Source: Trichodelitschia bisporula
Taxonomy: Eukaryota
Length of the DNA stretch: 64,000 bases
Direction of reading: 5' to 3'
NCBI GenBank assembly: GCA_010356995.1
Contig: ML996697.1
Location: forward strand, 368,153 to 432,152
Shown: in pieces, positions 1 through 13,056 of the stretch
Position numbering within the stretch: position 1 is the stretch's first letter
Layout: each line of letters begins with the position of its first letter
Made by a program: the position numbers and the translations under genes
Notes under the pieces: model-generated
Told to the model about the DNA's origin: nothing
The model's input: the letters and a program-made list of their open reading frames with translations, nothing else
Database searches by the model: none

Positions 1-2378
1 ACTTTCTCCCCGCGCTATCAATGGACGTTGGGTAGGTCTAAGGTCCCGGCCGCCGGCGACGCTTAATTGCAGCTTCACGACGCGCCCGCAGCCCCTCGCC
101 TGACCCTCTCCCCTCACCCCCTCCTCGGAGATGAACACTGGAGCCGAGCGAGCAGCGCTTGCGCCAGCGCCGTTCGGCCTCCAAACGGCTTTTCTCCACC
201 GACCATAAAACAACGACATCCGTTCGTCCATCTCCAGGCCTGCATCAGGCCATTTGGATCAGGTGCTGTTCCGCTAAGGTTAAGCCCTCAACAACGTGAA
301 TCGGCGTCGCACCCCTCTCATCCCCTCCCCCCTCACCCAACCCCCACCCGCACGTGCCCCCCCAGTACTCACCCCCCAGCCCCATCGCAGCGCCGCACCC
401 GCGCGCGCCCGGGCGCCCATGCGGGGACCCCGCGCATTACGTGTTAACCGTGCGTTTGGCAGCGTGACGCCATCGCATCCCCGGCGCGAAGTTGAACCAC
501 GAAGTATCAGCAACATCTCCCAACTCATCTCCGTATCAACTCAGCAATCCAACTCGAATCTCAGTTTTCACAACCATCCCCGCCACCCGGTTCCCTTGGA
601 CCCTTCCCGAGCCTCACCAGGGGTCCCCCGTCCCTGCACCGCCACGAAGAAGTCTTACACCCACATCAAGGCATGATAGACACTGCCCTATCCAGGGCGA
701 CGACACACGTTGTCCGAAACACGCGTGCTGCAAGGCTCGTCCCACGATCGGCGGGCACAGCCATCCGAGTTCCGGGCTAACCAACCCGAACCGGCGGCGT
801 GGGGTGTGGCCGCGAAAGTTGAACCCGGCGTTGTGGCCGGCGCGGGTATTCGCGGGAGCGCCCGTGCCGATCGTGACGTAGCTGGGGATACGGGCCGTGG
901 AGCCGGGGGGCGATGGGGGATTTGCGTGGTGTGGGCTGTGGGTTGTGGTTGGATGGTAATAGGTGAGTTGTGGTTGGTGATGCATGAGTTGAGCCGAGGT
1001 TGAGGATCGAGGGGGGGAAAGGTGAGCGGATTCGGTGGTTGGACTTTGCGGATTGTTGGAGCCAGTTGACAATTGCTGGCAGGCTCGCGACCATGAAAGG
1101 GCGGTTACGCTGCGGTATGGCTGTTCCTAGACGTCCTCGATGGCGGCTGATATCGTGCTAAGATTCCTCATATAACTCATATAACTCATATAATGGGAAG
1201 TGCGTGCTCCGGCAACGGGGTATCGTCAAACGTGTCTGATATGCCGGGTGAGGTTGGAAAGGCCACGGAGTTTGATGGAAACCCGCGAACACTTGAAAAC
1301 GCGTACTTGCGCGTACAATCAGTCCTTGATGACGGACAGGCCGAGCCCAATTCGATATCAGAGGGCTTAAGATTCACTTCTGGTATGCATATGACGGCAT
1401 ATGTCTCCACGCTGGCGGATGAGGGTGACACCAGCATCACCACAGCATGTGTACAGAACAATGGTGCACGATTGACAGAAATGCGAAAGACAAAGACTGG
1501 AATGGCGGAGCACTCATGTCTGCATATAATACTTCCACATATCCTCCTTCCGAGCTTACGAAGGGTCCCTTCCAGTCTTGCCATATGTCACTTCCTCGGG
1601 TAAGAATGCTCCTTTCTTGATACACATCAGAGATACCCGTCACCTTCATATCACTGCATCCAGTACAGCATCCGTACCTCACCATCCTCGAAAAAAAATC
1701 GTCGCATGGTTTCATTCCCCTCAAGAAGCCCCGCAAAGTCGGGCGGCCGCAAGAGAGTGATTCGGCCCACCTTCACGACATTACTACGCCGCCCTGTTCT
1801 CAGCATCAACAACGTACCTGCAAGCAACCGACGTTACCGACCCGCAAACCCAAGCATTCAATTCCCCGCCGCAGCCAGTCAATCTTTCGCACCGTTTCGG
1901 ACTGATGAAGTCCTCGATCCCGACCTCAGCACGGCCCCGAGGCGTACGAGCCGGGCCGTGACCTGGGTGCTGACCCGCATCGGCCTGGGCGCTCTTGATA
2001 AGAATTCTGTATAGAGAAAGGGAGCCGTTGCTTGCCGGACGGTGTCCCGGAGATGATGGACGGTGACTCGGCTCGAGCAACGCCCGACAAAATTGTGGCG
2101 CTGCCCTCGTGGCCTCTGCATATGTTACACAGCATAAATGTGGCGCACTCTAGGTAAGGCTGAGAGGGGCGACACGGTAACGCTGAGGCTCGAAGGTGCA
2201 GCACTTGCGGCATGTGGAGATCCGATGCGCGATTTTTGCGTGCGAACCATTGATGGTAGTATGGTGATTCGGAATTTGTGGTCTATTCGGCTGCCTGTAG
2301 GTATCCGTCGTGCAGCTGTGGAGAAGACGTTGGATTGCAGATATAGTCTGCAGGTGTCACTCGTTGTAGGCCCTTTTC

Positions 2379-2903
2379 TTGAACTCCACGCTCAATTTCT
2401 CTGTCCGACGTATAGCAGCCGTTGTGAGCTTCACTCCGACATCCGACATCCCTTCTGAGCTTTGCTTCTACAGCCCCCCTCTCTGGTCTTCATACTTGGC
2501 TCGGCAAGGCTCCGCAGCCCGCACCTTACAGCCCGATTTCGTATCAACAGTATCCCCCGAGCAGAATGGATACCCAGGAAGAGGCCGATATCCAGGGAAT
2601 TACCCACGGGCACCACAGCAAGCATATTTTGGCGCGGGGGGCGGACGTCCGAACGCTCCACAAAGAGGGATGAACTATGGACCGCAACGAGGATTCCGAG
2701 GTCGTGGTCCCTACGCTCCACAAAGAGGGATGAACCATGGGCCGCAACAAGGATACCGAGGTCGTGATCCATACGCTTAAAACCGCGGACCGGGTATGGT
2801 GTATCGACAGCAGCAGGCGTATCAACAGCAGCAAGCGTATCAACAGCAGCAGTATCAGCAAGGAGCCTACCGAGATGACGACTGCTGTGGTTGCTGCTGC
2901 TGA
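2379..2903 (+). pseudogene. CYSTM-like small Pro/Gln/Gly/Tyr-rich protein with Cys-rich tail, interrupted by one in-frame TAA (true start unresolved)
   Basis: Frame reads ...GYPGRGRYPGNYPRAPQQAY...RGMNYGPQRGFRGRGPYAPQRGMNHGPQQGYRGRDPYA*(TAA 2778-2780)NRGPGMVYRQQQAYQQQQAYQQQQYQQGAYRDDDCCGCCC*(TGA 2901-2903); internal 60-nt duplication. Confidence 0.55.
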
Positions 2904-3351
2904 TTAGCTACGCACAAATTGCGTCAGTTGTTTCTGTCTGTCATGCCCGTTTTTCCTCACTGAGGATCTGTAGCTTGTCATTTGATTGATCTGTCTTGAG
3001 CTCGATGCCACGTCCGAGAGTTAATGGCAATACTAACTTCACAGAAGTGCATCAGAATCACTTCGCGCTCTTCTCATGATGATTCGCCGTTTACGATTCT
3101 TCTACCTCTCTGCAGACGCTCACTTGGTGGAGCGTGTGAAAGGCGCTGAACCGTACAAATACTCCGCGGCCGCGGGCCGTAACCGATCCTCACCCTTGAA
3201 CACCCCCTCAGCCGTTCTCTCCGACTCGCGATAACCGTTTTGAACTTCAGACTCACTTCCTTCAATATTCCATTCTTTACTTTTCGAGCACTGGCCGTGG
3301 ATCTCCATACTCGGTTCTGCAGACTTCGGCAGACCACATCTCGCCAGCGAA

Positions 3352-4053
3352 ATGGAACGGAACAGGCCTCCGGGTAGAGGAGGCCATGCCGCCAGGTTGG
3401 ACCGGGGGATGGAGAGAGATCGGCCTCTTGGGGCCGCAGCCGGAATTCCTCCTCCGGCAATGGATCCTAGAGGTAGGCTTCCTCAGGGAGGAGGCAGGCT
3501 TCCTCAGGGAGGAGGCAGATTTCCTCAGGAAAGGGATGGAGGTCTCTAGGGGAGGGGCGAAGATCTCCCAGCACCTTTCGGGAGAGGGATCCATGATATT
3601 CTCCAGAGAAGGCGCGAAGAGATCCAGTAAAGGAGCGGCGATCCCTAAGAGCTGAGAAGGCTCGAAGCTCTTCAGAATGGAAGGAAGGAGAGGCGGAGAA
3701 GGTTCCCAGAGATTTACCAGATAATCGATGACAGGCAGAAAAGGCGCGCAGATGCTCGCCAGGGAAGGGCCGGGGATCCTCGTGGGGGTGAAGCCGAAGA
3801 CATGTCATCCATGCAACGGCCACAGGGCCATATCGGCGGGCAGGGTGGAGATCCCATGGGAAGGCGCGATGAGCTCCGGAGAATGCACGAAGGACACCTG
3901 GCAAGGGGCGAAAACCCTTGGCAGCCGCAGAACTGGCTCGGAGAGTGGCCGAGGGAGGGTCCTAGGCAGCTGGGGGGTTTCGACCGCAGTACGATTACAG
4001 CGCCGGGCGCCATAGGCGTCACAGCGTTTGCATTTGCATGTAATCTGGAATGA
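3352..4053 (+). pseudogene. Orphan R/G/E/Q-rich ORF broken by three in-frame stops
   Basis: ORFs 3352..3549 and 3802..4053 are in the same frame; the intervening sequence reads in frame except TAG 3547, TAA 3628, TAA 3646; GRLPQGG repeats. Confidence 0.4.
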
Positions 4054-4257
4054 TTGGGTGGTACTAGTTATTTCTGGAATGCCTGTTCTTTCTTAGTGAA
4101 CTCTGTTACTCTTCGTTTCCTCTTGACTGCCCATGGTGTACAAATGTGTTTTCAGATCCATGATAACTGCCATTTAGGAGGTATCAACCAACGCCTCATC
4201 ATGCCTGCCACCCGCCAGCCCATTTCCCATACAGTTACATAGCCCATATCCCAAGCA

Positions 4258-6786
4258 TTATACCCCATCAGAGCTTCCACCGATCACCCCCGGCGACGCC
4301 GGCGCCGGATACGCCCTCCTCACCACCGGACCCTCCGTCCCGTCCCCCCTTCCACCCTCCTCATCCTCCGCCCCTGACTCCGCAAACGACGACCCCCGGC
4401 TCCGCGCCTCCAACAACCCCACCGCACCCCGCGCATCAATTGAACCGAGACTCGTCACACGGTCAAAATACCCCTCCTCCACGGCCCCATCCTCATATGA
4501 GTAGCGCAGCTCAGGCAGCGGGCCGGGGTAGGTCGGGAGCTCAATACCTGCCCCAAGATCTTCCGGCCGGTCACCCACCGCCCAGTCCCCACCTCCCTCG
4601 CCATCACTCTCCCGCCGCACTCCCCCGCTCAAAAGCTGGCCCTGCTCTTCGCCTCGATACGTCACATTCTTCGTCCACACTAGCGTCTTCTGCGCCATAT
4701 GCTCGCCGCGGCGCTGCTGCCTGAGCACCAAATTCAGCACCCACGAGGACCAGGCCGTCGCGAGTAGTAGCGGGTACCGCGCAGGATACGTCCAGGCGCG
4801 GAAGACGCGGGTGCGGTGCAAGCCGCGGGCAGCGGCGTTGACATCGAGGGTCGAGAGGTGCGACTGGAGGCACCACTGCTGCCGCTTAGCCCCTAATCAC
4901 CGGGAGAAAAATGGGAGTGATACTGACCTCAGTGACGATATACGCCATCCCAACCCCCAAAATCGCGCAACTCAGCGCCGTCCCCGCACTCCAGTACCAC
5001 TTAACCCACGGCGTGCGCGTTACGCTGCGCTGACTGAAGTCGATGTACCCGCCTCCTCTAATACCGTACATGCTGCTCTGGCAGTAACAAGTGTTGTACA
5101 GCCCGATCGTCTGCGCGAAGGTTATGTAACATAACCAGGCCGTGTTGGCGATCTCGCCTGGCGTGAAGAATACCCGCTGCATCCATTGTCGCAGCGTGTA
5201 GGCCCGCCACTTGGCCACGTGCCGCGCGAGGATCTCCCGGTGCTGGCGGATATGCCTCTGGTGCGAGGGGCTCAGGATGAATATGGCGGCCGTGATCTGC
5301 GGGACGATAGAAAGGAGTTCCTCCTCAATCTTGTCGGCAAACCTGCTCCTCCAACCTCCGAGCCTCGCTCCGCGCACCTCCCCCTCCCTCCTCGCAGCAC
5401 TAGCCCACCAAACCCCAAACTCAACCGCCAGCAACCCGAACGCATTCACCGCAAAAATGAGGTACCCAAGACTCCGACAACCCAGCCCAACCGTCGGTGT
5501 AAAAAAGCTCAGCACAAAAGCGCCGGCACAACTCCCAACCACCACCCCGACAGCAGCACAGACCTGCCCCATCTCCCGCGCATTAAACCAGAACAAGCCC
5601 CTCTCCGCACTCCCAAGCACAAGTTTCGTCCTTGCCAGCGCCTCGTCTGCTGACCACCCCCGTCCCCGTTCCGCCACAAAGCAGTTCTCGATATCCGATA
5701 ATATGGGATGCGCGGCACCGTAGTGCCACCTAACCCTCGCCTGCCCCGCAAACCCCTGAAAGAAACCCCCGCGCAGCTCCGGCGCCGCGTCCGCAATTGC
5801 CCTCACGCGGTTCGCCATCGCAGCCCGCTCCTCGGCCGACGCATAGATGGTATCGAGATACACGCGCACAGTTGGCCGGTCCGCGAGCGCTTCGCACACA
5901 TCGTCGACCAGGGCATTGAGATCGCGGCGCACGGCGCCCTCGGCGGCTGGATTACGATCCACGATTCCGCAGAGGATGAGCAGGGGCAGCCAGGCAAGCA
6001 GCAGGCCAAGGGCGAGGTCGTGTGCGGTTGCGTTTTCGCCGATTTGCCCGAAGGCGGCTTGGATGCTTATGCCTAGCGCGACGATGAACCACAGTGTGGA
6101 GATAAAGACGGGGACGACGCCGCGGCGCCGGTATTCGCGCATGTTGTGCGCGAGGCTGGCGCGCCGGGTGCTGAGGGGCGGAGAGGGGGGTGCGAGCGCG
6201 AGGTCTCGACTGAAGAGCGCTATGCGGAGGAGGGATTCGGCGGCGGCGGCGCTGGCGGAGGGGAGCGGTTTGATGGTGTATTGGTTCATGTTGGTGAGGA
6301 TATAGAAGCTGTCGCGGATGCTGGCGAAGTCGGAGTCTGGGTCGATGATGTGCTCGTCGTAGCGCGTCGCCATATCCACTGTCCCTATCAGCCGCCGCCG
6401 TCGCGAGGACACGCCCCGCACTCACCCATCAGCGCGCACTTTCCGCTCATCGCGATGTTCCAAAGTATGTACGCGAGGCTGCTTATCGGCGACCCGATCC
6501 AGCGCGCGAGCGCCTGCACCGTCCGTAGAAACGCATTGCTCTCAAACGGCGCTTGCAGCAGTATCCCCACGATCGGCAGCAACCACGTCGTCAGCGTGCC
6601 CGCGATGTCTTTCCACGGATACCCCGCCCAGCCCGTGCCGCACAGTGCAACGCACCCCGCATACGTAATCGTCGTGCTATCATTATACGGGATGCCCTCC
6701 ACCGGTCCACGGTAAAGATACAGTTCCAACGCGGTCTTGTTGTTGACAAAGTGCGCCGAGCACTCGGTGAAGTTGGCATGGTGCAT
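4258..6786 (-). CDS. Conserved fungal multi-pass membrane protein of unknown function (3 exons: 6786-6426, 6378-4928, 4875-4258)
   Basis: GTGAG/GTCAGT donors and CAG acceptors with branch sites join three ORFs in frame (SGKCALM|VDMA; IVTE|WCLQSHLS); many hydrophobic segments; start codon uncertain. Confidence 0.8.
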
Positions 6787-7746
6787 CGTCGCCGTCGCAT
6801 GAAGTGCAGCTCAGACAACTCAACGCTTGCGACCCGCGACCCGAGAGACAAATAGCTGCTGGTGCCTGGGAGTTCACAGCACGGTCAGTGAATCGCGACG
6901 TGGCAATTGTGCACGCGACGGGGCGAGCGAACGCTTTCAACCCCGCCCCGCGGTCTAGGAGGCTGTGCCTGCGCCTCATCAAGCATGCAATATGATTTGC
7001 ATGCAGCTTGGCGAGGGGCGTTTGAGCGACGAATGGAGACGCGGGGAAGCGCAAGGCTGGTGCTTGGCTGCATGGGCCGGGTGTGGGGGCTGAAAATGAC
7101 GTGCGCGGGGAATCGAGCCGCATCTCGTGTTCATTGTTAATCCGATGCGGGTGGACCGAGAATGGAGCGGTAGGCCATATTCAGCCTTGTTATACGTCAC
7201 CGTTCGATGTAGTCGTACAGGCCTGAGAGAATGGGACACGGCCCCGGGTTGTGTGCGACGTGTCTCGAGATCGGGATGGCCGGGAACTGACCGGTTCGGG
7301 CGGCTTGCTGTGGATATCGGAAATCTTTTGGACTGGTTGACTGAACAGCAAATTGGGGATTTAAGTGATCGGATAACGGCCGAGTACTATATTCAGTCAG
7401 AAGGACGACCAGACGGCATCTCTCGACCGCCTCACATATCTCCCAGTTAGTGCCTTGAGATGATAGAGCAGTTCGCTAACGCCCTGGATCGTCGGAATAC
7501 GGTTCGCACACACGTGTTTTGACAAGACTTGACCGGAAAAAAAGCTTCGAGGCCATCAGCCAGAGTTCCTTGGATGCAGCTCGGGCGATGGTGGCTGGTA
7601 GCCCTTGGAGTCTAACTGGATAAAATTAAATCCCTAGCTGCTACCTGTAGCCGACCGTTAGCTATGAAGGCAAAGGCTTTGTTAAGTAGCAGTCCAAAGG
7701 GTGGTGGGAGCAGAGCTCGTATACAGGCAATAACATCTGTGTAAAC

Positions 7747-7907
7747 TGAAGATTGAAGATTGAAGATTGAAGATTGAAGATTGAAGATTGAAGATTGAAG
7801 ATTGAAGATTGAAGATTGAAGANNNNNNNNNNTGAAGATTGAAGATTGAAGATTGAAGATTGAAGATTGAAGATTGAAGATTGAAGATTGAAGATTGAAG
7901 ATTGAAG
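7747..7907. repeat. (GAAGATT)n heptanucleotide tandem repeat containing an assembly gap
   Basis: Perfect repeat on both sides of the N-run at 7823-7832. Confidence 0.97.
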
Positions 7908-8382
7908 ACGAAGAGAGGAAGAGAGGAAGAGAGAAAGAGGCTCTCGAAACTTGAGGACACGACACCAAGTATCCTCCTTTGCTCATTCCTTCTATCATAC
8001 TCACATTACATCATGTCCCTTGCTTACATAAGAATGCTCCTTCCATAACCACATCAAAGGGCCACGGCTGTTGAGTCTCTCGTGTTAGTCATGCAGTCTG
8101 CAGTGCGCATTTGGACGCTATTATAGTGTGGTGTAAGCTATAGTATGAGCGATTCGGGCCGATTCGGAAATGGGGCAGGAGACAGGGGACGACAAGCGGA
8201 TGACAACAGCTTAAGGCCGGGGTTAGTATGCATAATGAACGATATCCCCTCAAGAGACTTCCGGGACGAGCAAGTTTCGGCAGGAAGCCTTTGCCATCAG
8301 CTAGCCCGGACTCACTGTTAATCTCTGAGGTCGTTGTGATGTCCATAACGGCTTTGAAGGCTGCAAGAGCTATCTCAAATGC

Positions 8383-8651
8383 GGAGGTGATCAACTGGGG
8401 TTGTTCAGCGTTGGAGGGCTTCGGAGGGCATGAGAGGACTTGAGACTAACGTTCTGCGTGGAGGATATGACCCTCGTGTACCACCAGAGTTGTCTCCTCA
8501 GTCGTCTCAGCCTGCTGCTAAGGTCCAGACGATCGAGGGGACGACCTTGGCGGTATATGAGGATTATATTGTCCACGCAGGACGTTAGTCTGAAGCGCTA
8601 TCTTGCCCTCTGATACCTCCAAACGCTGGACAACCCCAGTTGATCACCTCC
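8383..8651 (+). repeat. Long imperfect inverted repeat (fold-back hairpin), about 131-bp arms with a 7-nt loop
   Basis: 8383-8513 is the reverse complement of 8521-8651; terminal 22 bp perfect (GGAGGTGATCAACTGGGGTTGT); loop GCTGCTA. Confidence 0.92.
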
Positions 8652-8991
8652 ATCATAGACGGACGTTCACATAGAAACCCAACTAGGCTTCTAAAAATGT
8701 ACAAATGCAGAATGATAATGGCGAGCATAACATATCGATTGCGCAAGCCACGAAGCGTCCCAATGAGCGACTAGGTTAAAGGAGCAAAGATGACCAGTCC
8801 GCAAGCAGAAAGGCCTTCATGAACGCAAGCAAAAGGCCGCCAGCAGTCGAGACCGCCGCCAACATAAAGCAAAAAGCCACCGACGCGGACAGTAAGTCAA
8901 AAAAGCCACCAACGCGGACAGCAAAGCAAAAGGCCACCACAGGCAACCACCAAAGCAGTATTCCACCCGACCATATCATGAGTCCGCCCGT

Positions 8992-9573
8992 TTACTGAGC
9001 CGGCTTCCCAGCGGAACCAGCACCCCCCTCACCAGCGCGCGACTTCAGCATGCGAACAATGTGCTCATTGAGGTAGTACCGGCCAAGCACCTGCTCATCG
9101 ATATCCTTAGCCCCATGGATCCACCCAAGGCACTTCTCCGCGCCGCACGAGCACTCAAACGGCTGAGCCATATCCCACTCGGTGCTGGGGTAGAAAAAGG
9201 TGAGCGAATCGCCCTTGCGGAGTGCACGCCCCTCCCCAACGCGCACCTCCATCGCGCCCATGTCGAACACGAGCGAGGGGTCGCAACTGTGGTTGCAGTA
9301 CAGCAGCTCGCTGTTCAGCTCAATGTGTGCCGACTCGGCCACCTGCACGCTCGAGTACGCCTTGGTGCCCGGCGTGGCGGTGGCGATGCGGGCGAAGAGG
9401 GCGCCCGCCGGCAGATCCACCAGCGAGACGGCGCGCGAGCCAAAGGCTACATCGGAGCGCTCGACGCTCAGACGGCTCGCGAGATCGGGGTTCGCGTGGG
9501 AGGCGGAGGACTTTGTGGGGGTGGGGCCGGCGTCAGCGGCGTTGACGGCGGGGGAATCGGCTAGGACGGCCAT
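8992..9573 (-). CDS. Small SET-domain protein with post-SET Cys motif (putative lysine methyltransferase)
   Basis: CNHSCDPS, LTFFYPSTEW and CSCGAEKC (CxCx4C) motifs; ATG at 9573. Confidence 0.88.
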   Translation of the reverse strand: MAVLADSPAVNAADAGPTPTKSSASHANPDLASRLSVERSDVAFGSRAVSLVDLPAGALFARIATATPGTKAYSSVQVAESAHIELNSELLYCNHSCDPSLVFDMGAMEVRVGEGRALRKGDSLTFFYPSTEWDMAQPFECSCGAEKCLGWIHGAKDIDEQVLGRYYLNEHIVRMLKSRAGEGGAGSAGKPAQ

Positions 9574-12500
9574 GTTTTTTGGTAGTGGGACGTTGGCTTT
9601 TGATGTTGGGTTAGAATTGAGGACTCTCAACGTATCGACTTGAGGAGCAGTGAAAAGAATTCCGGCACAAAGTCCATGTGCTTGGGGGCTTGAGCAGTCA
9701 GTGTCTCGGAATCCTCGAAGGCGTGGGTAGCTGTAGGTCGACGCTTCTGGCAAGGCACATAGTCAACTTTAAAGTGAACCTCATGCCTTGGCATTATGCT
9801 CGATGGGGCGGACTAGGAGACATCGAGCAATGCCGAGGCGGTCCGAGGCCGGCGAACATACCGTAGCGGCGCAGACACGCGGGATGCAGATTTTTCAACC
9901 ATCCCGTCATGCCATTGTGTGGTGTCAGGGGCTACTTGGCGGAGGTTCTTTCAGTCCGTTTGCGTCTTCACAAGTAGGGTTGCCGGTAGTGGTGAGAAGC
10001 GGAGAGTCGGCGATTGGCCAGCGGAGTCGCAGCCTCGGGAGGTACCAATACACCGAGCTCCCCACCCTCTGGAAAGTGCTCCGGTACCGCGACAATGCGG
10101 CATGACTGCCAGTAATATTCGTGTGCAGCGGGCCGGCAAGGGTCGATCAGGGCACTATCCGGAATCCTGGATACTACGATGGTAGTTCTAGCCCCCAGAT
10201 TCTGCAGCGAAGACGGAAGCCAAGTTGGCTGCTCCCTCTACCGGTAAGAGCCGCCTTTCACTAGAGATCCATTTAGCAGAGCTATGAGGTCCCGGATGAG
10301 ACTTTCAGAACGGCTACGGTACTCGATGGTGACCAGCCAAGGAGGGGCCGAAAACAGATCCGCCGGCATGTGAGAAAGCATGGAAGGCTTCCGACGGGTT
10401 TAGACGATCGCGGCTGAAGGGAGAAACCCTCAAGCCAGGGCCCCAGATCCTTTTGCACCTTTTTCGCGCTCCGATACGAATACGTAAACTGGATCCGTGG
10501 GGTGGGAGGATAGATGAACCCCGCTATGCACCTAAATAAGTTGCTATGTTATTGGACACCACTTGCAGGACTAGCAAACGGTGCGGGGCCGACCCCACCA
10601 TGGCATATGAGATAGCTTGTGTACCCCGCACCGAGAGCCCGGGGAGTGTTTTGCAGAGGTGGTGTACAGCTTTCGAGTAGGGCATTATGGAATACCTGGC
10701 GGCTGCAGCGGGTTGAGGTATTTAGGAGGATGAATTTGTTACATATGGCGTCGAAAGGACGTGGACGACGTGGAGCTGAAGTCGGTAAACGTAACGGAGG
10801 GTGTTCCGTGTGCGGCGCAGGACGATATCGGAGGCTCTTAAGAGGTACCCGTACGGTACGGAGTAGAAGGTGATTTGAAGACAACAAGCAACATAGTGCG
10901 TACACGCTCTGAGCCCTTTCGCAAATCGGGTGCGCGATATAGACTCGTTTTCACGTCAGAGAGATGTGTTCTCGTCTCGCGCCTCCCGTCGCGGCGGGCG
11001 CAGTTCGACGTGCGACGAAGTGCTGCCTTATTGATGCCTAAGGCATCAAATTCTCAAAGCTGAGTCATCCATGGAATGTCGTGAAAGTGGCCACTGCTCA
11101 GTTCCATCATCTCCACATCTGGTTGCCTGCATTGAAATAGCGGCATCGATCGACGCTTCACAACCGACCTCAGTTCTGCAGGCGATTGCAGGCGAAAGGT
11201 AGAACAAAGGGTCTGTCCGATTTGCTCATCTCACTGACACAGAGCCCTCTCTTTTATCCTCATCATCACGTTCTCGTAACAGTGAGTTGACGTTTCCGGA
11301 AGGGAGGTCGTGGTACAATTCCCGCCTACCAGCCGCCATATCATCCTTTGACAGTCCAATCACTTTTTCGCATCAAGCACCCCGCAATCTACTCGTTGGT
11401 GGAGTGTGAACTCCGGAGCTCCGCTAATGAGGGAGTCATCATCCTTTCGCCCATCCCAACGCAACGACATCTTTTGGGAAGGAGGTAGCCGGAAACCGCT
11501 GTCCGGAGTGGGAAGAACGCCAAACGCCCCCATGACAGCCTCGTCGTTTCCTTTGAATCGTCATGCTCGGCATCTGGCTGCTGCTGAAGTACGCTACTGA
11601 TAAAGATACCAGCCACTGGCCAAGAATGAGCGATAGGGTAGGATAGGCCCAAGGCTTGACGGTGGTAGTCTACTTACCACTGAGAGCTTGAAAGCTTCCT
11701 TTCTCGTACCTGAAGCTCTCATCTTACGCAGCAACTGTGAGATATCGGTACAAGTGTACACGGACTCTATTGCAAGCCTCACCGTCATACTCCGCGCGCT
11801 CGGTCTTGTGCAAACGGGCACCCGACCCCAACACCCATCAGCAAAGACGTGTGATACGCTCATAGTCACAAGTCACCTGGGCCTCCCCCTCCCATCCTTC
11901 CTTTACATGACACCAGCACCCCGCACCCGCCGAAACAGGACAGCAGGCCAGATGACGGCATCATTTCAGTGACTGCGTGGCGTAGAGGGTGCGGCGCTGA
12001 GTGATGAGAGGACGACGACACCGCAGACAGCAAGGGCCATGTGGGCGCAGCGCAACATATCGCGTTTTGACAGCGCAAGCCGCTGGAGAACGCGCCGAAT
12101 GCTGTTCTGTAGTTTCTCCGAGTTGGTTAGTCAATGGTTGGGTTGCAAAGTGTTCGACGGTGTTTCTGTAGCCTCTTCTCTGTCCATACTGCGCCGCTCT
12201 AGGCCTTGACGTTGGTGGGGGTCGGAGGGGGCCCCCCGCTGGCATGGCGCAGGACGTCCGTTCCAACAATGCAAGTGGCTGTGATGTCTCCTTCTTCCGG
12301 AGTAGGCTGTCTGGTAAGGGAAAAGGCTGGCGCTTGGGTCAGAAAGAGACATGGAGGCTGGCTGCGTTTGGCTCCCGCTGTCGCCAGGTGTTTCTCAATG
12401 CGCCCCCGCCCAGTGCCTCGCCCACCCCCCCCCCTCTACTCTACCGTACCCCCCACCCTTAGCGTTCTGCCTGAAGGGGAGAGTCGAAGCTGCGAACTCC

Positions 12501-13056
12501 AAGTTACAACTCAACTCTCATAGAACCGCCGGGTCTTTTCCACCGGTTCTACAGCCAAATCGTCCCTAGAAACAGCTTACGCCTCTTATTCCTGCTTTGT
12601 GAAGCTTCCGCATCGTTCTGGTGCTCTCTATTGTCTTCTGTTGTATCGTCGTTGCCCTTCGCAGTGGTCCCGCGTTTACCCCAGCTCTCCGCCCGGCCCC
12701 CTCCACCCTCCATCACTGCCGACCGCGGCCTTGCGTCTCGACAACCCGTCCACCCGCCGTTCTCTATCTCCAGGACATTCAGTCTCTGGACCCTTCTCCC
12801 GACCGGAAAACACTCTACAATCTATCTCTCCTTACGTTAGTACACCTTTCGGCCGGCATCCGCCACGCGCACCGGGGACCGACACGAGGCCGCTTATCGG
12901 CTTTGTGACGCATTGTCTCACGCTCCCCAAAGCGACTTCAGGTACCCATCCGTCGTAAGCTTCCATTCTTCAACCCCTCAAACCACTATCTCTATCCCTC
13001 TAACGACCAACGGACAGCCGCAGCCCTTGCGGGAACAATCTCTCTTCAACCCCTTA

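Noticed and set aside
1..1100. Overlapping GC-rich ORFs at the window start
   Set aside because: Low-complexity translations in all frames with no domain or splice support
7612..8004. ORFs with SSIFNLQ repeats
   Set aside because: Translation of the heptanucleotide microsatellite
10140..10480. Structured ncRNA (RNase P/MRP, telomerase, SRP)
   Set aside because: No diagnostic conserved motifs or template sequence found by eye
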